Source of the DNA: an uncultured delta proteobacterium
GTDB taxonomy: Bacteria; Myxococcota_A; Polyangia; Polyangiales; Polyangiaceae
Assembly: GCA_963850305.1 (NCBI GenBank)
Contig: CAWKKR010000007.1
Span: forward strand, 224,001 to 288,000
DNA length: 64,000 nucleotides
Reading direction: 5' to 3'
In this document: positions 11,387-23,400 of the stretch, piece after piece
Layout: each line of letters opens with the position of its first letter
How positions within the stretch are numbered: the stretch's first letter is position 1
The notes under the pieces: generated by a model
What the model saw: only the letters and a program-made list of their open reading frames with translations
Database searches by the model: none
Told to the model about the DNA's origin: nothing
Position numbers and translations under genes: made by a program

Positions 11387-12177
11387 TCAACGGCCCGAGA
11401 GCAGCATCCCGCCGTCGACGACGAACGTCTGGCCCGTGACGTAGTTCGATGCGTCGCTGCCGAGGAAGAGCGCCATTCCCGCGATGTCGTCAGGCTTGCC
11501 CACGCGTCGGACCGGCGCTTGTTCGGTCATGGCTTTCACCAGTCCTTCGTTCGCCATCAGGGCCCCTGCGAAGTACGTATCGACCAGACCCGGCGCGATG
11601 GCATTCACGCGAATTCCCGTGCCGCCGAGCTCGACGGCCAGAGTCTTCGTCATGGAGATTACTGCCGCCTTCGACATGCCGTACACGCCTTGCGCAACGG
11701 CGGCCGTGATGCCCGAGATACTCGCGACGTTCACGATGGAGCCCGGGGCGTCGCGCGACGTCAGGTGCCGTACGACGGCCCGCGTTGCGATGAAGTACCC
11801 CTTGGTGTTGACCTCGAACGTTTTTTCCCACGCTCCGAAATCGAGGTGAATCATGGGACCGAAGTACGGATTGGCCGCGGCGTTGTTGACCAGGATATCC
11901 ACCTTGCCGTAGCGAGCGATCGTCTGTGTCACTAGGTTCTCGATTCTGATCCTCCCTGCCGGCGTGACAGACGATGGGTGTCGCGTCGCCGCCCGCGGCC
12001 TTGATTCTTGTCGGCCACCGCGGAGAGGCCGTCGAGCTTGCGGGACGAGACGACCACCTGGGCGCCTCGCCGCGCGTAGCAGCGCGCGATGGCCTCGCCG
12101 ATGCCTCGGCTGGCTCCAGTGACGATTGCGACTTTGCCCTCCAGGGACATGTCCGGGTTGGATGCGGGGGTTTCCAT
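11387..12177 (-). CDS. Short-chain dehydrogenase/reductase (DHRS4-like); two +1 frameshifts at ~12005 and ~11944
   Basis: [20 protein letters not shown] (YxxxK), RVNAIAPG spread across three frames. Confidence 0.92.
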
Positions 12178-12196
12178 TGGGATTGCTCCTTCTCGT

Positions 12197-13399
<1,203 letters not shown>

Positions 13400-13631
13400 C
13401 GCGAGTCTCCTTGGTATTGCGAGGTCGGGTCGCACGTCGTGAGCGTCAAAGAAAAATTCGTGAGCGCATCGGTCTCGAGTAAGCCGTGAATCGAGGCAAG
13501 AATACGGTAGTAGTTCGATTTTTTAACGTTGCTGTTCGCTGACCGATACAGCGGCTCAATCGAACGACGGCAGCGCTCATGGTGTGGTGATCTACTGGAC
13601 TCGGTCCTCAATCTCACCGAGAATAAAACTC

Positions 13632-13868
13632 ATGCGGACGGTAGCGGCCTTATTCCTGCTCGTGGGCGGCGTGATGATGTTCCAGGGCTGCGGCTCCGGA
13701 CAATCGGGAGGCTCGTTCTCCAAGTTCGACGCCGGTGCCTGTAATCCAGCGTACTGCGTGGCTCTCGGCACGGGCACAGCCTGTTGCACCACCAGTGGGC
13801 AATGCGGCACCGATTTCGGGAATGGGTGCGTCGCGTCCGGGCTGTCGCAGGTCGACGGCGGACACTGA
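13632..13868 (+). CDS. Small Cys-rich lipoprotein (78 aa)
   Basis: Signal with FQGC lipobox, then six Cys: CNPAYC...CCTTSGQCG...GC. Confidence 0.7.
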   Translation: MRTVAALFLLVGGVMMFQGCGSGQSGGSFSKFDAGACNPAYCVALGTGTACCTTSGQCGTDFGNGCVASGLSQVDGGH

Positions 13869-13927
13869 GTCTTTCACGTACGCATGAACGGCGCGGCATC
13901 GCGAAGGCGAGCCGCGCCGAATGCATT

Positions 13928-16111
13928 TCATGCCTTGCCCGCGAGACAAAGCTTCCGGACCACATTGTCGAGCAGCCGCTGCCCTACCTCGCCGTCGAGG
14001 GTGAGAATGGACTCGGGGTGGAACTGCACGGCGGCGAGCGGCAGTGTCGTGTGCTCGAGCGCCATGATCACACCATCGTCGCTCTCCGCCGTCGCTCGAA
14101 GCACGTTCGGGAACGCTTCGCGTAGCGCATAGAGCGAATGATACCGACCCGCGCGGAACGTCGCGGGGAGTCCTTCGAAGAGCACGCCTCCGAGCACACG
14201 GATCCTCGACGGTTTGCCGTGCACCGGATAATCGAGCACCCCCAGCTTCCCGCCGAAATGCTCGACCATGCCCTGGAGACCGAGGCATACGCCGAACACC
14301 GGGAGCGCCCGCGCCGTCGCCGCAGCGATCGTGCCCGATACGTCGAAGTCCTTCGGTGACCCCGGTCCCGGCGACAGGACCACCAGGTGCGGCTTCTGCT
14401 CGTCGAACGTGCTCGCAGGAAAGCCGGCGCGCAAGGTCACTACATCCGCCCCCGTTTGACGAAGGTAGTTCGCGAGGGTGTGAACGAACGAATCCTGGTG
14501 GTCGACGAGCAAGATACGCTTGCCCTTGCCCGCCGTCGAATGTGCCGGCGTGCCCGCTGACGACGACCCGGTTCGACTCAGTCCGCGAACCGCGTCCAGG
14601 AACGCCGACGCTTTGAGTCGCGTTTCGCGTTCCTCGTCTTCGGGCACCGAGTCGTAAAGGAGGGTCGCGCCGGCGCGTACTTCAGCGACACCGTCTTTCA
14701 ATCGCACGGTGCGCAGCGTCAGGCCGGTGTTGAGTCCGCCGTCGAAGCCGAGCACGCCGATCGCGCCTCCGTACCAGGCGCGCGGTGATTTCTCGTGGTC
14801 TTCGACGAATTGCATCGCCCAGGCCTTCGGCGCACCGGTGACCGTGACCGCCCACGTGTGCGTCAAGAACGCATCGAGAGCATCGAATTCCGGTCGAAGA
14901 ACCCCCTCCACGTGATCGACGGTGTGGATCAAGCGCGAATAGAGTTCGATCTGCCGCCGTCCGATCACGCGCACGGAGCCGGGGACGCAGATGCGACTCT
15001 TGTCGTTTCGATCGACGTCCGTGCACATGGTGAGCTCGGATTCTTCCTTGCGCGAAGAGAGCAGCTCACGGATCCGCTCCGCGTCTTCGACCGCGTCGCG
15101 ACCTCGTGGGATCGTGCCGGAGATGGGGCAAGTTTCGACCCGGCTCTGGTCCACGCGGACGTACATCTCCGGCGACGCGCCGACCAGGTGTTCGGATTCA
15201 CCGAGATTGAGGAGGAGCGCGTAAGGCGCTGGGTTCGTCTCGCGGAGCCGCCGGAAGATGGTCGAAGGCGGCACGGAGCACGGTTCGCGAAAGGTTTGCC
15301 CGAGTACGACCTCGAAGAGATCTCCTCGCTTGAACGCGGCCCGAGCTTTCTCGACAGCCCCCGCATATTCGCCCGGAGCGTGATCGGAGCCGGCCGTCAC
15401 GCCGTCGGCGGCGACGTAGGGCTCCTCCGCGCCGTCCCGCGGAAGCGACCGAGTCGAGCCTCCCGGAAGGTCGAAGTCGTAGGAGTAGCGCATCGCGCGC
15501 TCTTTCCGATGATCCACCACGACGAGCTCGTCCGGTAAATAAAGGACGAGATCCCGCTGATCCGACGGGCGCGGGCGTCGGAGCGCGATCGGCTCGAATT
15601 GAAACGCAAGATCATATCCGAAGGCGCCGTACAGCCCGAGATGGATGTCGTCGGAGCTCCGGAACAGGTCGATGATGCTGCGGAGCACCGAGAATACGCT
15701 CGGCTGCTTGCTCCGATGTTCCTCCGGAAGGCGCGCCGTCGGAGCCCTCAGCGTCGCGGTGAACGACGCTCCGTCGTCGCACGGGCTTTCCAGTACGCCA
15801 GAGCGCTCGGCCGCGGCTTTCACCGGAACGATGAGGAGCTGCCCGCGAGCGTTCAGCGCGCGGATGCCGAGCTGGCGCCCGCGCGTGACGATCTCCAGCG
15901 CTGGGTTCGAGAAACCCAGATCCCACCGCGTATAGCGACCGGGATAGTCGTAGTTCGACGACAGGAGGACTCCGCGCTGGCGATCGAGCCTGTCGATGAG
16001 CTCCTCTATTGCGGCGTGAGGCGGCAGCTCCTCGGTGTTCCGGGAGACCTGCACACCGCCGTGAGTCGTAAAGCGCTCGTAGGCGGACCGCGGATCGATG
16101 ATGTCTTTCAC
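13928..16111 (-). CDS. trpE: Fused anthranilate synthase TrpE(G)
   Basis: GASPEMY, CPISGT, KEESELTMCTDVDRND chorismate domain, plus GATase DHQDSFVH, SPGPG, GVCLG, QFHPES. Confidence 0.95.
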   Translation of the reverse strand: MKDIIDPRSAYERFTTHGGVQVSRNTEELPPHAAIEELIDRLDRQRGVLLSSNYDYPGRYTRWDLGFSNPALEIVTRGRQLGIRALNARGQLLIVPVKAAAERSGVLESPCDDGASFTATLRAPTARLPEEHRSKQPSVFSVLRSIIDLFRSSDDIHLGLYGAFGYDLAFQFEPIALRRPRPSDQRDLVLYLPDELVVVDHRKERAMRYSYDFDLPGGSTRSLPRDGAEEPYVAADGVTAGSDHAPGEYAGAVEKARAAFKRGDLFEVVLGQTFREPCSVPPSTIFRRLRETNPAPYALLLNLGESEHLVGASPEMYVRVDQSRVETCPISGTIPRGRDAVEDAERIRELLSSRKEESELTMCTDVDRNDKSRICVPGSVRVIGRRQIELYSRLIHTVDHVEGVLRPEFDALDAFLTHTWAVTVTGAPKAWAMQFVEDHEKSPRAWYGGAIGVLGFDGGLNTGLTLRTVRLKDGVAEVRAGATLLYDSVPEDEERETRLKASAFLDAVRGLSRTGSSSAGTPAHSTAGKGKRILLVDHQDSFVHTLANYLRQTGADVVTLRAGFPASTFDEQKPHLVVLSPGPGSPKDFDVSGTIAAATARALPVFGVCLGLQGMVEHFGGKLGVLDYPVHGKPSRIRVLGGVLFEGLPATFRAGRYHSLYALREAFPNVLRATAESDDGVIMALEHTTLPLAAVQFHPESILTLDGEVGQRLLDNVVRKLCLAGKA

Positions 16112-16159
16112 GCTCTCTCCACTCGGGTTTGGGACAACCTCCGTCGGGCAGCGCGCTTC

Positions 16160-16217
16160 TGAAACGAATCGAGCCGCCTCGGAGGCGGCTCGTGACGCAA
16201 GTGCTCCGGCCGCCTCC
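16160..16217 (-). terminator. trp attenuator: terminator hairpin with competing antiterminator
   Basis: Minus strand CGAGCCGCCT-CCG-AGGCGGCTCG (16192-16170) then ATTCGTTTC; upstream GGAGGCGGC (16217-16209) is complementary to the 5' arm. Confidence 0.75.
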
Positions 16218-16267
16218 TACGAAAGCGACCCACGCCAACCACGAAGTGTAGCTGTGCTCGCGAGCAT
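16217..16267 (-). CDS. trpL: Putative trp leader peptide MLASTATLRGWRGSLS
   Basis: ATG..TAG, 16 aa, stop overlaps the antiterminator strand; LRGWRGS resembles LKGWWRTS of E. coli TrpL. Confidence 0.6.
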   Translation of the reverse strand: MLASTATLRGWRGSLS

Positions 16268-16306
16268 GCACCGCACGATGCCACGACGCGCGTGCGCGTC
16301 AAGAGC

Positions 16307-17554
16307 TCAACTCACCTTATCGAACTCGAGGACGAAGCTCGACGGGAAGTTCGCCTGCTCCACGGGGAGCGTCCGGACCGTTCCAGCGCGCCCGGGACCT
16401 CGGCGCAAGCGGGGGAGTGCGAAGAGTGCGCGCGCCATCTCGTGAAGGAGCGTCTGCCCGATGTGCTCGCCGAGGCACGCGTGACGACCATGTCCGAAGC
16501 CCATGTACTTCCACCGTGGCCGCCCCGGGATGAACTCGAACGGGCTCTCGAACACGTCCCTGTCGAACGCGGCGAGTGAGGGCCAGATGACCACGGTTGT
16601 GCCAGCGGGGATCTTCTTCTCGCGCGACGTCCCGGCCGCGAGTGCGGTGTCGTGTTCCGCGTGACGGTAGAGAACGGAGGGAAAAACGCCGAACCGTTCC
16701 GCTTCGCGGAGATAGTCGCGGAAGGAGCGGTCGTCTCGTTCGGAGCCTGCGACGGCCCGTCGCGCCATGACGTGCAGCGTTCTCCGTTCGTGTTCGGGCA
16801 GGCTCACCAGCTTGTTCATGCCGTTCACGAACAGTCCGATAGGGGCATTCAGCGTTCCCGAACAGAGTCCGGCGATGGAGCGCAGAACCCCCACGTCCCC
16901 ATCCGCAAAGCCGTTGCTTGCAGCGAGCAAGCGTCCGATGACGTCGCGCTCAGCGATATCGCCTTCTCGACGTCGCTGCTCGATGTACTTCGCGAGGGTG
17001 CCGCGCACGTCCTCCGCCGCGGACACCGCCGCGTCGCGCATCCTCGGATCGAACCAGAACGAGAAGATGTACCAGGACGCCACCTGAAACCGCCGGAGCA
17101 GTTCGTCGAGATCTTCCTCAGGGAGCCCGAAATACCGCATGGAGAACCGGATCGGGACGACGTTGGCGAGGTCCCGCACGATATCGATCCGTCCCACCTT
17201 CCTCACTCGGTCCATGGCCTGCGCCGTCTCTTCGGCGACAATACGACGGACCAACGCCGCGTCGTCCCGTCGAAGCGCGCTGCGGATGACGGTCGCGTCC
17301 TTTGTATACCGATCGAGGTCGTCCATTCCGAGGATGAATGGCCCCGTGGTCGCGCCCATCCGTTCACCGTAGCCGCGAACGGAGAAATCGTCGTCACGGC
17401 TCCAGACTTCCGCGACGTCCATGTATCTGGTTACGTGCACCATCCGGCTCGCGTCGGAGTGCAGCACGAGGGAAAGCGCGTTGGCGGCGCCGCCCGGGCC
17501 GATCGTCGGAAACAAGCGGTGAGCCAGGGGCAACCACAGTTTTCTGAGATCCAT
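16307..17554 (-). CDS. Cytochrome P450 with atypical I-helix
   Basis: ExxR (EAER), PFEFIPGR, FGHGRHACLG heme motif; I-helix reads SGTLNA. Confidence 0.9.
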   Translation of the reverse strand: MDLRKLWLPLAHRLFPTIGPGGAANALSLVLHSDASRMVHVTRYMDVAEVWSRDDDFSVRGYGERMGATTGPFILGMDDLDRYTKDATVIRSALRRDDAALVRRIVAEETAQAMDRVRKVGRIDIVRDLANVVPIRFSMRYFGLPEEDLDELLRRFQVASWYIFSFWFDPRMRDAAVSAAEDVRGTLAKYIEQRRREGDIAERDVIGRLLAASNGFADGDVGVLRSIAGLCSGTLNAPIGLFVNGMNKLVSLPEHERRTLHVMARRAVAGSERDDRSFRDYLREAERFGVFPSVLYRHAEHDTALAAGTSREKKIPAGTTVVIWPSLAAFDRDVFESPFEFIPGRPRWKYMGFGHGRHACLGEHIGQTLLHEMARALFALPRLRRGPGRAGTVRTLPVEQANFPSSFVLEFDKVS

Positions 17555-17694
17555 CGCGTCCCCGAACTTCTCGTATCCGTCCGCATCGATGCGATCAAGT
17601 CGGATCGTGCGTGCTTGTCCTGTCCACTCGAGTGGACATCGATCGTTTCGGGTTCACGGGTGCCTTCCGGTGCGATATGGATACGGGTCGTGTC

Positions 17695-19023
17695 ATGACC
17701 CAGGGGGTCCTCACCGTCGTCACGGAGATCACGCCGGGTCGAGCCGATCAGCTCGTCGCGTTGCTCGATGAGCTGGACACCGCGCTGACCGGCGAGGGCG
17801 CGGAGCCGATCGTCGACTTTCGGAGCCTCGACACCGTTCATTTTGCGCGGTTCGTCGTGCTCCCCGGAAATTCCGAGGGCCGCCGGCATCTCGTGTTCTC
17901 GACCGCGTACGATGGTCCGCTTCGGTTTCATCTCGCCGAGCTCGCGCTCCGGGCATCGGCGGGGTTGTGCGCGATTTACGCACATTGCGTTTCGTTCCCG
18001 GACGGGGCGGCCGCGGCGCCCGCGACGCTCCTGGCGTACCTTTCGAAATCGAGCGTGCCATATGGGGCGATGCACGTTGGCTACGTCGGGCGGCGGGTGG
18101 CGGACATCCGCGATGAAGAACGGTTGAGGCGGTTCGTCCAGACACGGCTCGATGCGGCGCCGCCGGAGTGGTGCCGCTCCGGCTCCGCTCGTGACGTTCG
18201 TGCGCGAATCATGGAATGGGTTCAGGCGAGTGACTTCCGGTGGGCCCTGGCGCCGCGTGCGGAGCGCATCTCGCGGAGCGGCGTCGAGCAATGGTGGACC
18301 CACATCGTCGCCGTCTTCGCCGCGGGACTCGCATTGCTCTCGGGCGGCGTCGCGACGTTCGTCATGGGTGGCGTGATCGGTCTCGGGGTGTACGTCGCCG
18401 TTCTCGTCGGCTCTCTGGGTCTCCTGGTCTGGAGGTTGCGATCGCACGAGGAGCTCGAGCCGGCGAAGACGGACTCCGACGTCGAACAAGGGCTCGAGCA
18501 CGCCGGAGACGAGGACTTTGGTCTGCGAAATCAGCTCAGCCACATCGTGGACGTGAAGCCAACCTTCTTTCGGCGCGCGCTCTTGCGGGCAGTGCTCTTC
18601 GCGGTGGAATTTCGAGCCCGCTTCGAGTTTTTCAAGGGCGATCTCGGCGGGATCGAGACCATCCATTGCGCGCACTGGGCGGTGATCGCGGAGGGCGCGC
18701 CGAGGCTCCTTTTCTTTTCGAACTACGACGGCAGCTGGGAGCGATACCTCGGGGATTTCATCGAGGAGGCGGGCGGCGGGATGACCAGCGTGTGGAGCAA
18801 CACCGTGCTGTTTCCGCGTGCGCGATTTCTGCTTTGGGGTGGCGCCACCGAGGAGCGCGCGTTCAAAGCGTGGACACGCGAGAGGCAGATCGTGACCCAG
18901 GTTTGGTACGCGGCAAACCCGGGCATCTCCATTCGCAACGTGAATGACAACTCGCGTCTCCGCGACGGTCTCACGGGATACATGACGGAAGAGGAGGCGC
19001 GTGCATGGCTGAAGCTCCTGTGA
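17695..19023 (+). CDS. DyP-associated membrane protein with two similar (alpha+beta barrel-like) domains around a TM hairpin
   Basis: Internal repeat TVHFARFV..LVFSTAYDG / TIHCAHWA..LLFFSNYDG; central hydrophobic segment; GTGA overlap with DyP gene. Confidence 0.75.
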   Translation: MTQGVLTVVTEITPGRADQLVALLDELDTALTGEGAEPIVDFRSLDTVHFARFVVLPGNSEGRRHLVFSTAYDGPLRFHLAELALRASAGLCAIYAHCVSFPDGAAAAPATLLAYLSKSSVPYGAMHVGYVGRRVADIRDEERLRRFVQTRLDAAPPEWCRSGSARDVRARIMEWVQASDFRWALAPRAERISRSGVEQWWTHIVAVFAAGLALLSGGVATFVMGGVIGLGVYVAVLVGSLGLLVWRLRSHEELEPAKTDSDVEQGLEHAGDEDFGLRNQLSHIVDVKPTFFRRALLRAVLFAVEFRARFEFFKGDLGGIETIHCAHWAVIAEGAPRLLFFSNYDGSWERYLGDFIEEAGGGMTSVWSNTVLFPRARFLLWGGATEERAFKAWTRERQIVTQVWYAANPGISIRNVNDNSRLRDGLTGYMTEEEARAWLKLL

Positions 19024-20465
19024 CCCGCGATCAGGTCGAATGGGGCGAAGTGCAGCGTCTCGTCTTGCGCGGATACCTCAAGCTGCCGTGGGCCCACTTT
19101 CTGTATCTCCGGATCACGAACGGCTCGCGTCCCGCGCCCTGGGTCCATGGGGTTCTCGACGAGGGCTCGCTGGCGTTCGGTTGGGGGGAGAAGCACCTCG
19201 ATGGGCCCGCAGTGGGCATTGCGTTCACGTGCGATGGGTTGCGTGCCCTCGGCCTGGACGACCAGACCCTGGAAGGATTTTCCCCGGAGTTCGTCGAGGG
19301 ACTGGTCACACCGGCTCGTTCCCGGAAGTTTCACGACACGGGGGCGAGCGATCCATCGCGGTGGCTCTGGGGGGCCGGCAAGAATCCGGTCCATATCGTT
19401 CTCGCGGTGTATGCGAAATCGGAAGCGGACCTCGCCACCGCGATGGAGCGGCACCAGACGCGAGCGTCCGAAGCAGGACTCGTCGAGGTTCGGGGGCCCG
19501 ATGGGGAAGCCCTTGGCGCCGCTCGGCCACTCGATGATCGGCGGGAGCACTTCGGGTTTGCCGACGGCATCTCGCAGCCGCGATTTCGCGACGAACCCGT
19601 CGGTCTTCGCTCCGGCGCGCGTGAGGCCGACCGACTTGCGGCCGGGGAATTCCTGCTGGGCTACCCGAACGAGGCGGACATCTACCAGCGAAGCCCGGTG
19701 CTGTCGGAGCCCGCACGCAGGCGAGGCCGGTTGTCGCGGCAAGACCATGACTTCGGCAAGAACGGTAGCTATCTCGTGGTCCGGCAGCTCGAACAGGATG
19801 TCGCCGCATTCTGGCGCGCGATGTCGCTCGCCGGAAGCGACTCGACCGTCGCCGACCGTGTCGCCCTGGCGTCGAAGATGATCGGACGGTGGCCCGACGG
19901 CGTTCCGCTCGTCGCGCGTGGAACCCCCGACGGACCGAGGCCACGGCACGCGGAGGACTTCGACTTTGCACACGACGATCCGCTGGGGCACAAGTGCCCC
20001 TTCGGTGCCCACATCCGGCGAGCGAACCCGCGTGCGACGCTTGCCACCGATCCCGACATGGGGCTCGCGAAGTCGAAGAAGCATCGCATTCTGCGGCGCG
20101 GGCGCTCGTACGGAGAGCCGTTCGTCGACCGGATGGTGCCCGAGGAGTTGATCCGCGCGGCGGAAGCAGGTGAAGGACATCCGGGCCCTCGCGGTCTGCA
20201 CTTCCTGTGCTTCAACGCCGACATCGCGAACCAGTTCGAATTCGTGCAGCAGACGTGGCTGAATGGGTCCGTATTTCAGGGGCTGCACGGAGAAGTCGAT
20301 CCGCTGATGGGAGATCCGGCGGACACCGGCGGCCTGTTCACCGTTCCTGGAGAACCCCTGCGCCGTCGCGTTACGGGTGTTCCGAGGTTCGTGACCGTTC
20401 GCGGAGGGGCCTACTTCTTCGCCCCCTCGCAGGCTGGTCTTCACTATCTCTCACGTCTCAAGTGA
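19020..20465 (+). CDS. Dye-decolorizing (DyP-type) peroxidase
   Basis: EHFGFADGISQP (GxxDG), NGSYLVVRQLEQDV, CPFGAHIRRANPR, RILRRGRSYG, QFEFVQ. Confidence 0.93.
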   Translation: MTRDQVEWGEVQRLVLRGYLKLPWAHFLYLRITNGSRPAPWVHGVLDEGSLAFGWGEKHLDGPAVGIAFTCDGLRALGLDDQTLEGFSPEFVEGLVTPARSRKFHDTGASDPSRWLWGAGKNPVHIVLAVYAKSEADLATAMERHQTRASEAGLVEVRGPDGEALGAARPLDDRREHFGFADGISQPRFRDEPVGLRSGAREADRLAAGEFLLGYPNEADIYQRSPVLSEPARRRGRLSRQDHDFGKNGSYLVVRQLEQDVAAFWRAMSLAGSDSTVADRVALASKMIGRWPDGVPLVARGTPDGPRPRHAEDFDFAHDDPLGHKCPFGAHIRRANPRATLATDPDMGLAKSKKHRILRRGRSYGEPFVDRMVPEELIRAAEAGEGHPGPRGLHFLCFNADIANQFEFVQQTWLNGSVFQGLHGEVDPLMGDPADTGGLFTVPGEPLRRRVTGVPRFVTVRGGAYFFAPSQAGLHYLSRLK

Positions 20466-23400
20466 GTGATTGTAGGAGCGCTCGTGCTTCCATGAGATCG
20501 CGAGTTCCGAGTCCTTCGGTGAACCAACCATAGACGCCCGCGAGCAGCTCGCGCGCGGCGTCTCGTTCACCTCCCGAGAGTCTCATCCGCGCGAGACTCA
20601 TCGCGGCCCGGAGTTCGAGCGACTTGGCCCCCTGAGTCCGGGAAACCTCGAGCGCGCGCTCGAACGCAGTCAGCGCCAGGGAATCTTGCGACGGCGTCGA
20701 AAGGCGAAGGAACTCACCTTTCAAACGGTAGAGCTCGGCCGCGTAATACCGATCGTGCTGACGTTCGATCGATTCGAGCGCCCGCCCGACATGAACGAGT
20801 CCTTCTTCGAGTTTTCCGGCGCGCGCACAGGCGGTCGCGAGCCGCGCGGAGAGATATCCGGTATTCAGCGAGGCTCCGGTCTCGAGGAACGCCTCGAGCC
20901 CAGCTTCGATCTCGGTAATTCCCCCGCTGACATCGCCGAGTTCGCACTTCGCGGACCCGATCATGGTTCTGGCCCACGCCTCCCAGAGCGAAAGACCTTG
21001 CTCGGCGCTTACCCCCAGCATCCTCTCCGCGAGCGACAGGACCGCCTCCGGTTCTCGAAGATGGTAGTAGAGATCTGCTGCAAAACTGAGGATACCGGCG
21101 AATGTGAGCGGGTGATTCGTCCGTTCCGCGAGTTCGAGTGCCTTGAGCGCGCTCTCCAGCGCCTGCTCCGGAAAGCCCTGGAACCAATAAACCAGAGCTC
21201 CGTAGCAGTAGCCGTAGGCGAGCGGGTCCTGCCCATACACGAACTGGTGATGGGCGTGTTTCTGCGGATCATAGAGGAGTCGCGCCTGCAGGATATGCTC
21301 GTGGCACGCTCCGAAGCTTCCCTGCCAATACTCGAGGGCTGCCCGTGCCGTGTGCGCCTCGAGGGTGTATTCGGCTTCCCCGAAACTCGCCGCAGCCGCC
21401 TCGAGCTGCTCGACCAGCTCGCGCGCCGAGCGCCCGTCGCCTCGGACGAGAAAGTAAAGAAATAGCCCGAACAGTGCGGGAAACAGGTGCGGTGTGTCGC
21501 CCAGATGGTCGCACAGGACGCGCGCGCGCGCGAACGCTTGCTCGACCTCCGTCGCAGCGTAGCCGCGCACGGCGATGAGCGCCACGCCGCGCATCGTGAC
21601 CAGGAACAGTTCCTGACGATCGCGCTCCGTCGTCTCGGGCGTCCGAAAGAGCGCGTCGAGTCCCCGGCGGAGCTGCCGGCTCGCTTCCACGTTCGCCGAT
21701 CGCGCGATCGAATTCTGTCCGGCGCGGAGCCATCCCGAAAGCGCTGCTTCGGGCATACCTCCCTCGTCGTAGTGATGTGCCAGAACTTCAGGCTGGTTCG
21801 CCGCCGTCAATGGGAATTGCGATTCGAGTACCTCAGCGATCTTGCGGTGATGAGTCTGTCGAGTGGCCTTGAGTAGGGACTCGTACGCCTGTTCTTGTAC
21901 GAGCGCGTGGCGAAAGGCATACACCGGCGGATCGCCGCGACGCTGGAACAGCTCCGCGGCCACGAGGCGGTCGAGCGCGAAGGTCAATTCTCCTTCGGCC
22001 ATCGGTGCAGTAGCCCGGATTAGGTCGAGCGAAAATTCCCGGCCGAGTATCGCGCAATGCTGAGCGAGGTCCTTCGCGGTTCCCAGCTGGTCCAGGCGAG
22101 ACATCAGCGAGTCGCGGAGCGATAGGGGCACGATGGCGCGAGAATTGGCCTTCGCAGTGCCTGACCGCCCGAGTTCTGCCTCGAGTACGGTCTTCGTCAA
22201 TTCCTCGATGAACAGCGGGACCCCGTCCGACCGATTGACGATCTCTCGTACGAGGACGTCGTCGAGGCGGCCGCGCGTGGTTTCGAGGTTGCGCGCGACG
22301 TCGGCCGCGTCGTTCCGCGTGAGCCGACTCAGCAAGATCTGAGTGACGGGTGGCAGATTGACCCACCTGACGTGAAAGCCTGGCCGATGCGTCGCGACAA
22401 TCAGGAGCCTCCTGTCGGCAATGCGTTCGACCAATCGAGCCAGCATCTCCAGCGTCGTTGGATCGAGCCAGTGCAGATCCTCGAACAAGGCGATCACGGG
22501 TCGCTCATCGGTCTGTCGAACGAACCATTCGAGCAATAGCTCGAGGGTTTTTCGCCGTAGGGCCTCCGGCGTCTGGGTGAGCGACGCGAGGCGCGGAGCT
22601 GGATTCAGCGAGTGAAGCCCGGCAAAGAGCGCCAGATTCTCGGATGACCCGAGGTCTAGCCGGATGAGCGAGCGAGAGAGCGCGTCGAGCTTTTGCTCCG
22701 CGGTCTCGAGTGCGCCGAGCCCGAGTACATCCTCCTGCAGTCCCACGACGGGATGAAGCGCCGTATCCTCGGTGTACGAGGAGCCGCGGCTCTCGAGCCA
22801 CGAATGATCTCGCGAACCGATCTCGTCTCGCAGCGCGCGCAGTAGCCGACTTTTGCCGATCCCGGCTTCCCCGCAGATCAGGACGACCTGGCCGCGCGCT
22901 TCAGTGGCAAGCTCCCACCGGTCGAGCAAGAGTCCGAGCTCTTGTCGACGACCCACCATCGGAGTGAGCAGCGCGTCGTGAGAATCTGCGGCAGTCCGGG
23001 CAGGTTTCGCTCGGATCGCGCGGTAGACGGGCGTCGGCTTCGAGATACCCTTCAGCGCGCGAACTCCCAGGTCCTCCGTGACGAACTGACGGCGCACGAG
23101 ACGAAAGGTCGAATGACTCAGCACCACGGTGTTCGACGAAGCTAGCTCTTGAAGGCGCGCGGCCACGTTCGTCGTGTCGCCGAGCGCGAGCGTTTCCTTC
23201 CGTGAGCTCGGGCCGATCTCGCCGACGACGACCGTTCCCGTGTGGACGCCGACCCGCGCCGCGAGGCGCACACCGTGGCGGGACACCACCGGTTCGAGTT
23301 CGAGGAGCGCATCGATGAGTCGAAGTCCGGCGCGAACCGCGCGAAGCGCGTCGTCCTCGTGAGCGGACGGATATCCGAAGTACGCGACGACCCCGTCACC

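Noticed and set aside
13437..13466. TCGTGAGCG direct repeat at 21-bp spacing upstream of the acyl-CoA dehydrogenase
   Set aside because: Could be an operator, but only two copies and no assignable regulator.
13928..20465. Single biosynthetic cluster linking trpE(G) with the P450 and DyP genes
   Set aside because: trpE(G) has its own Trp attenuator, consistent with primary metabolism; no scaffold-forming enzyme nearby.
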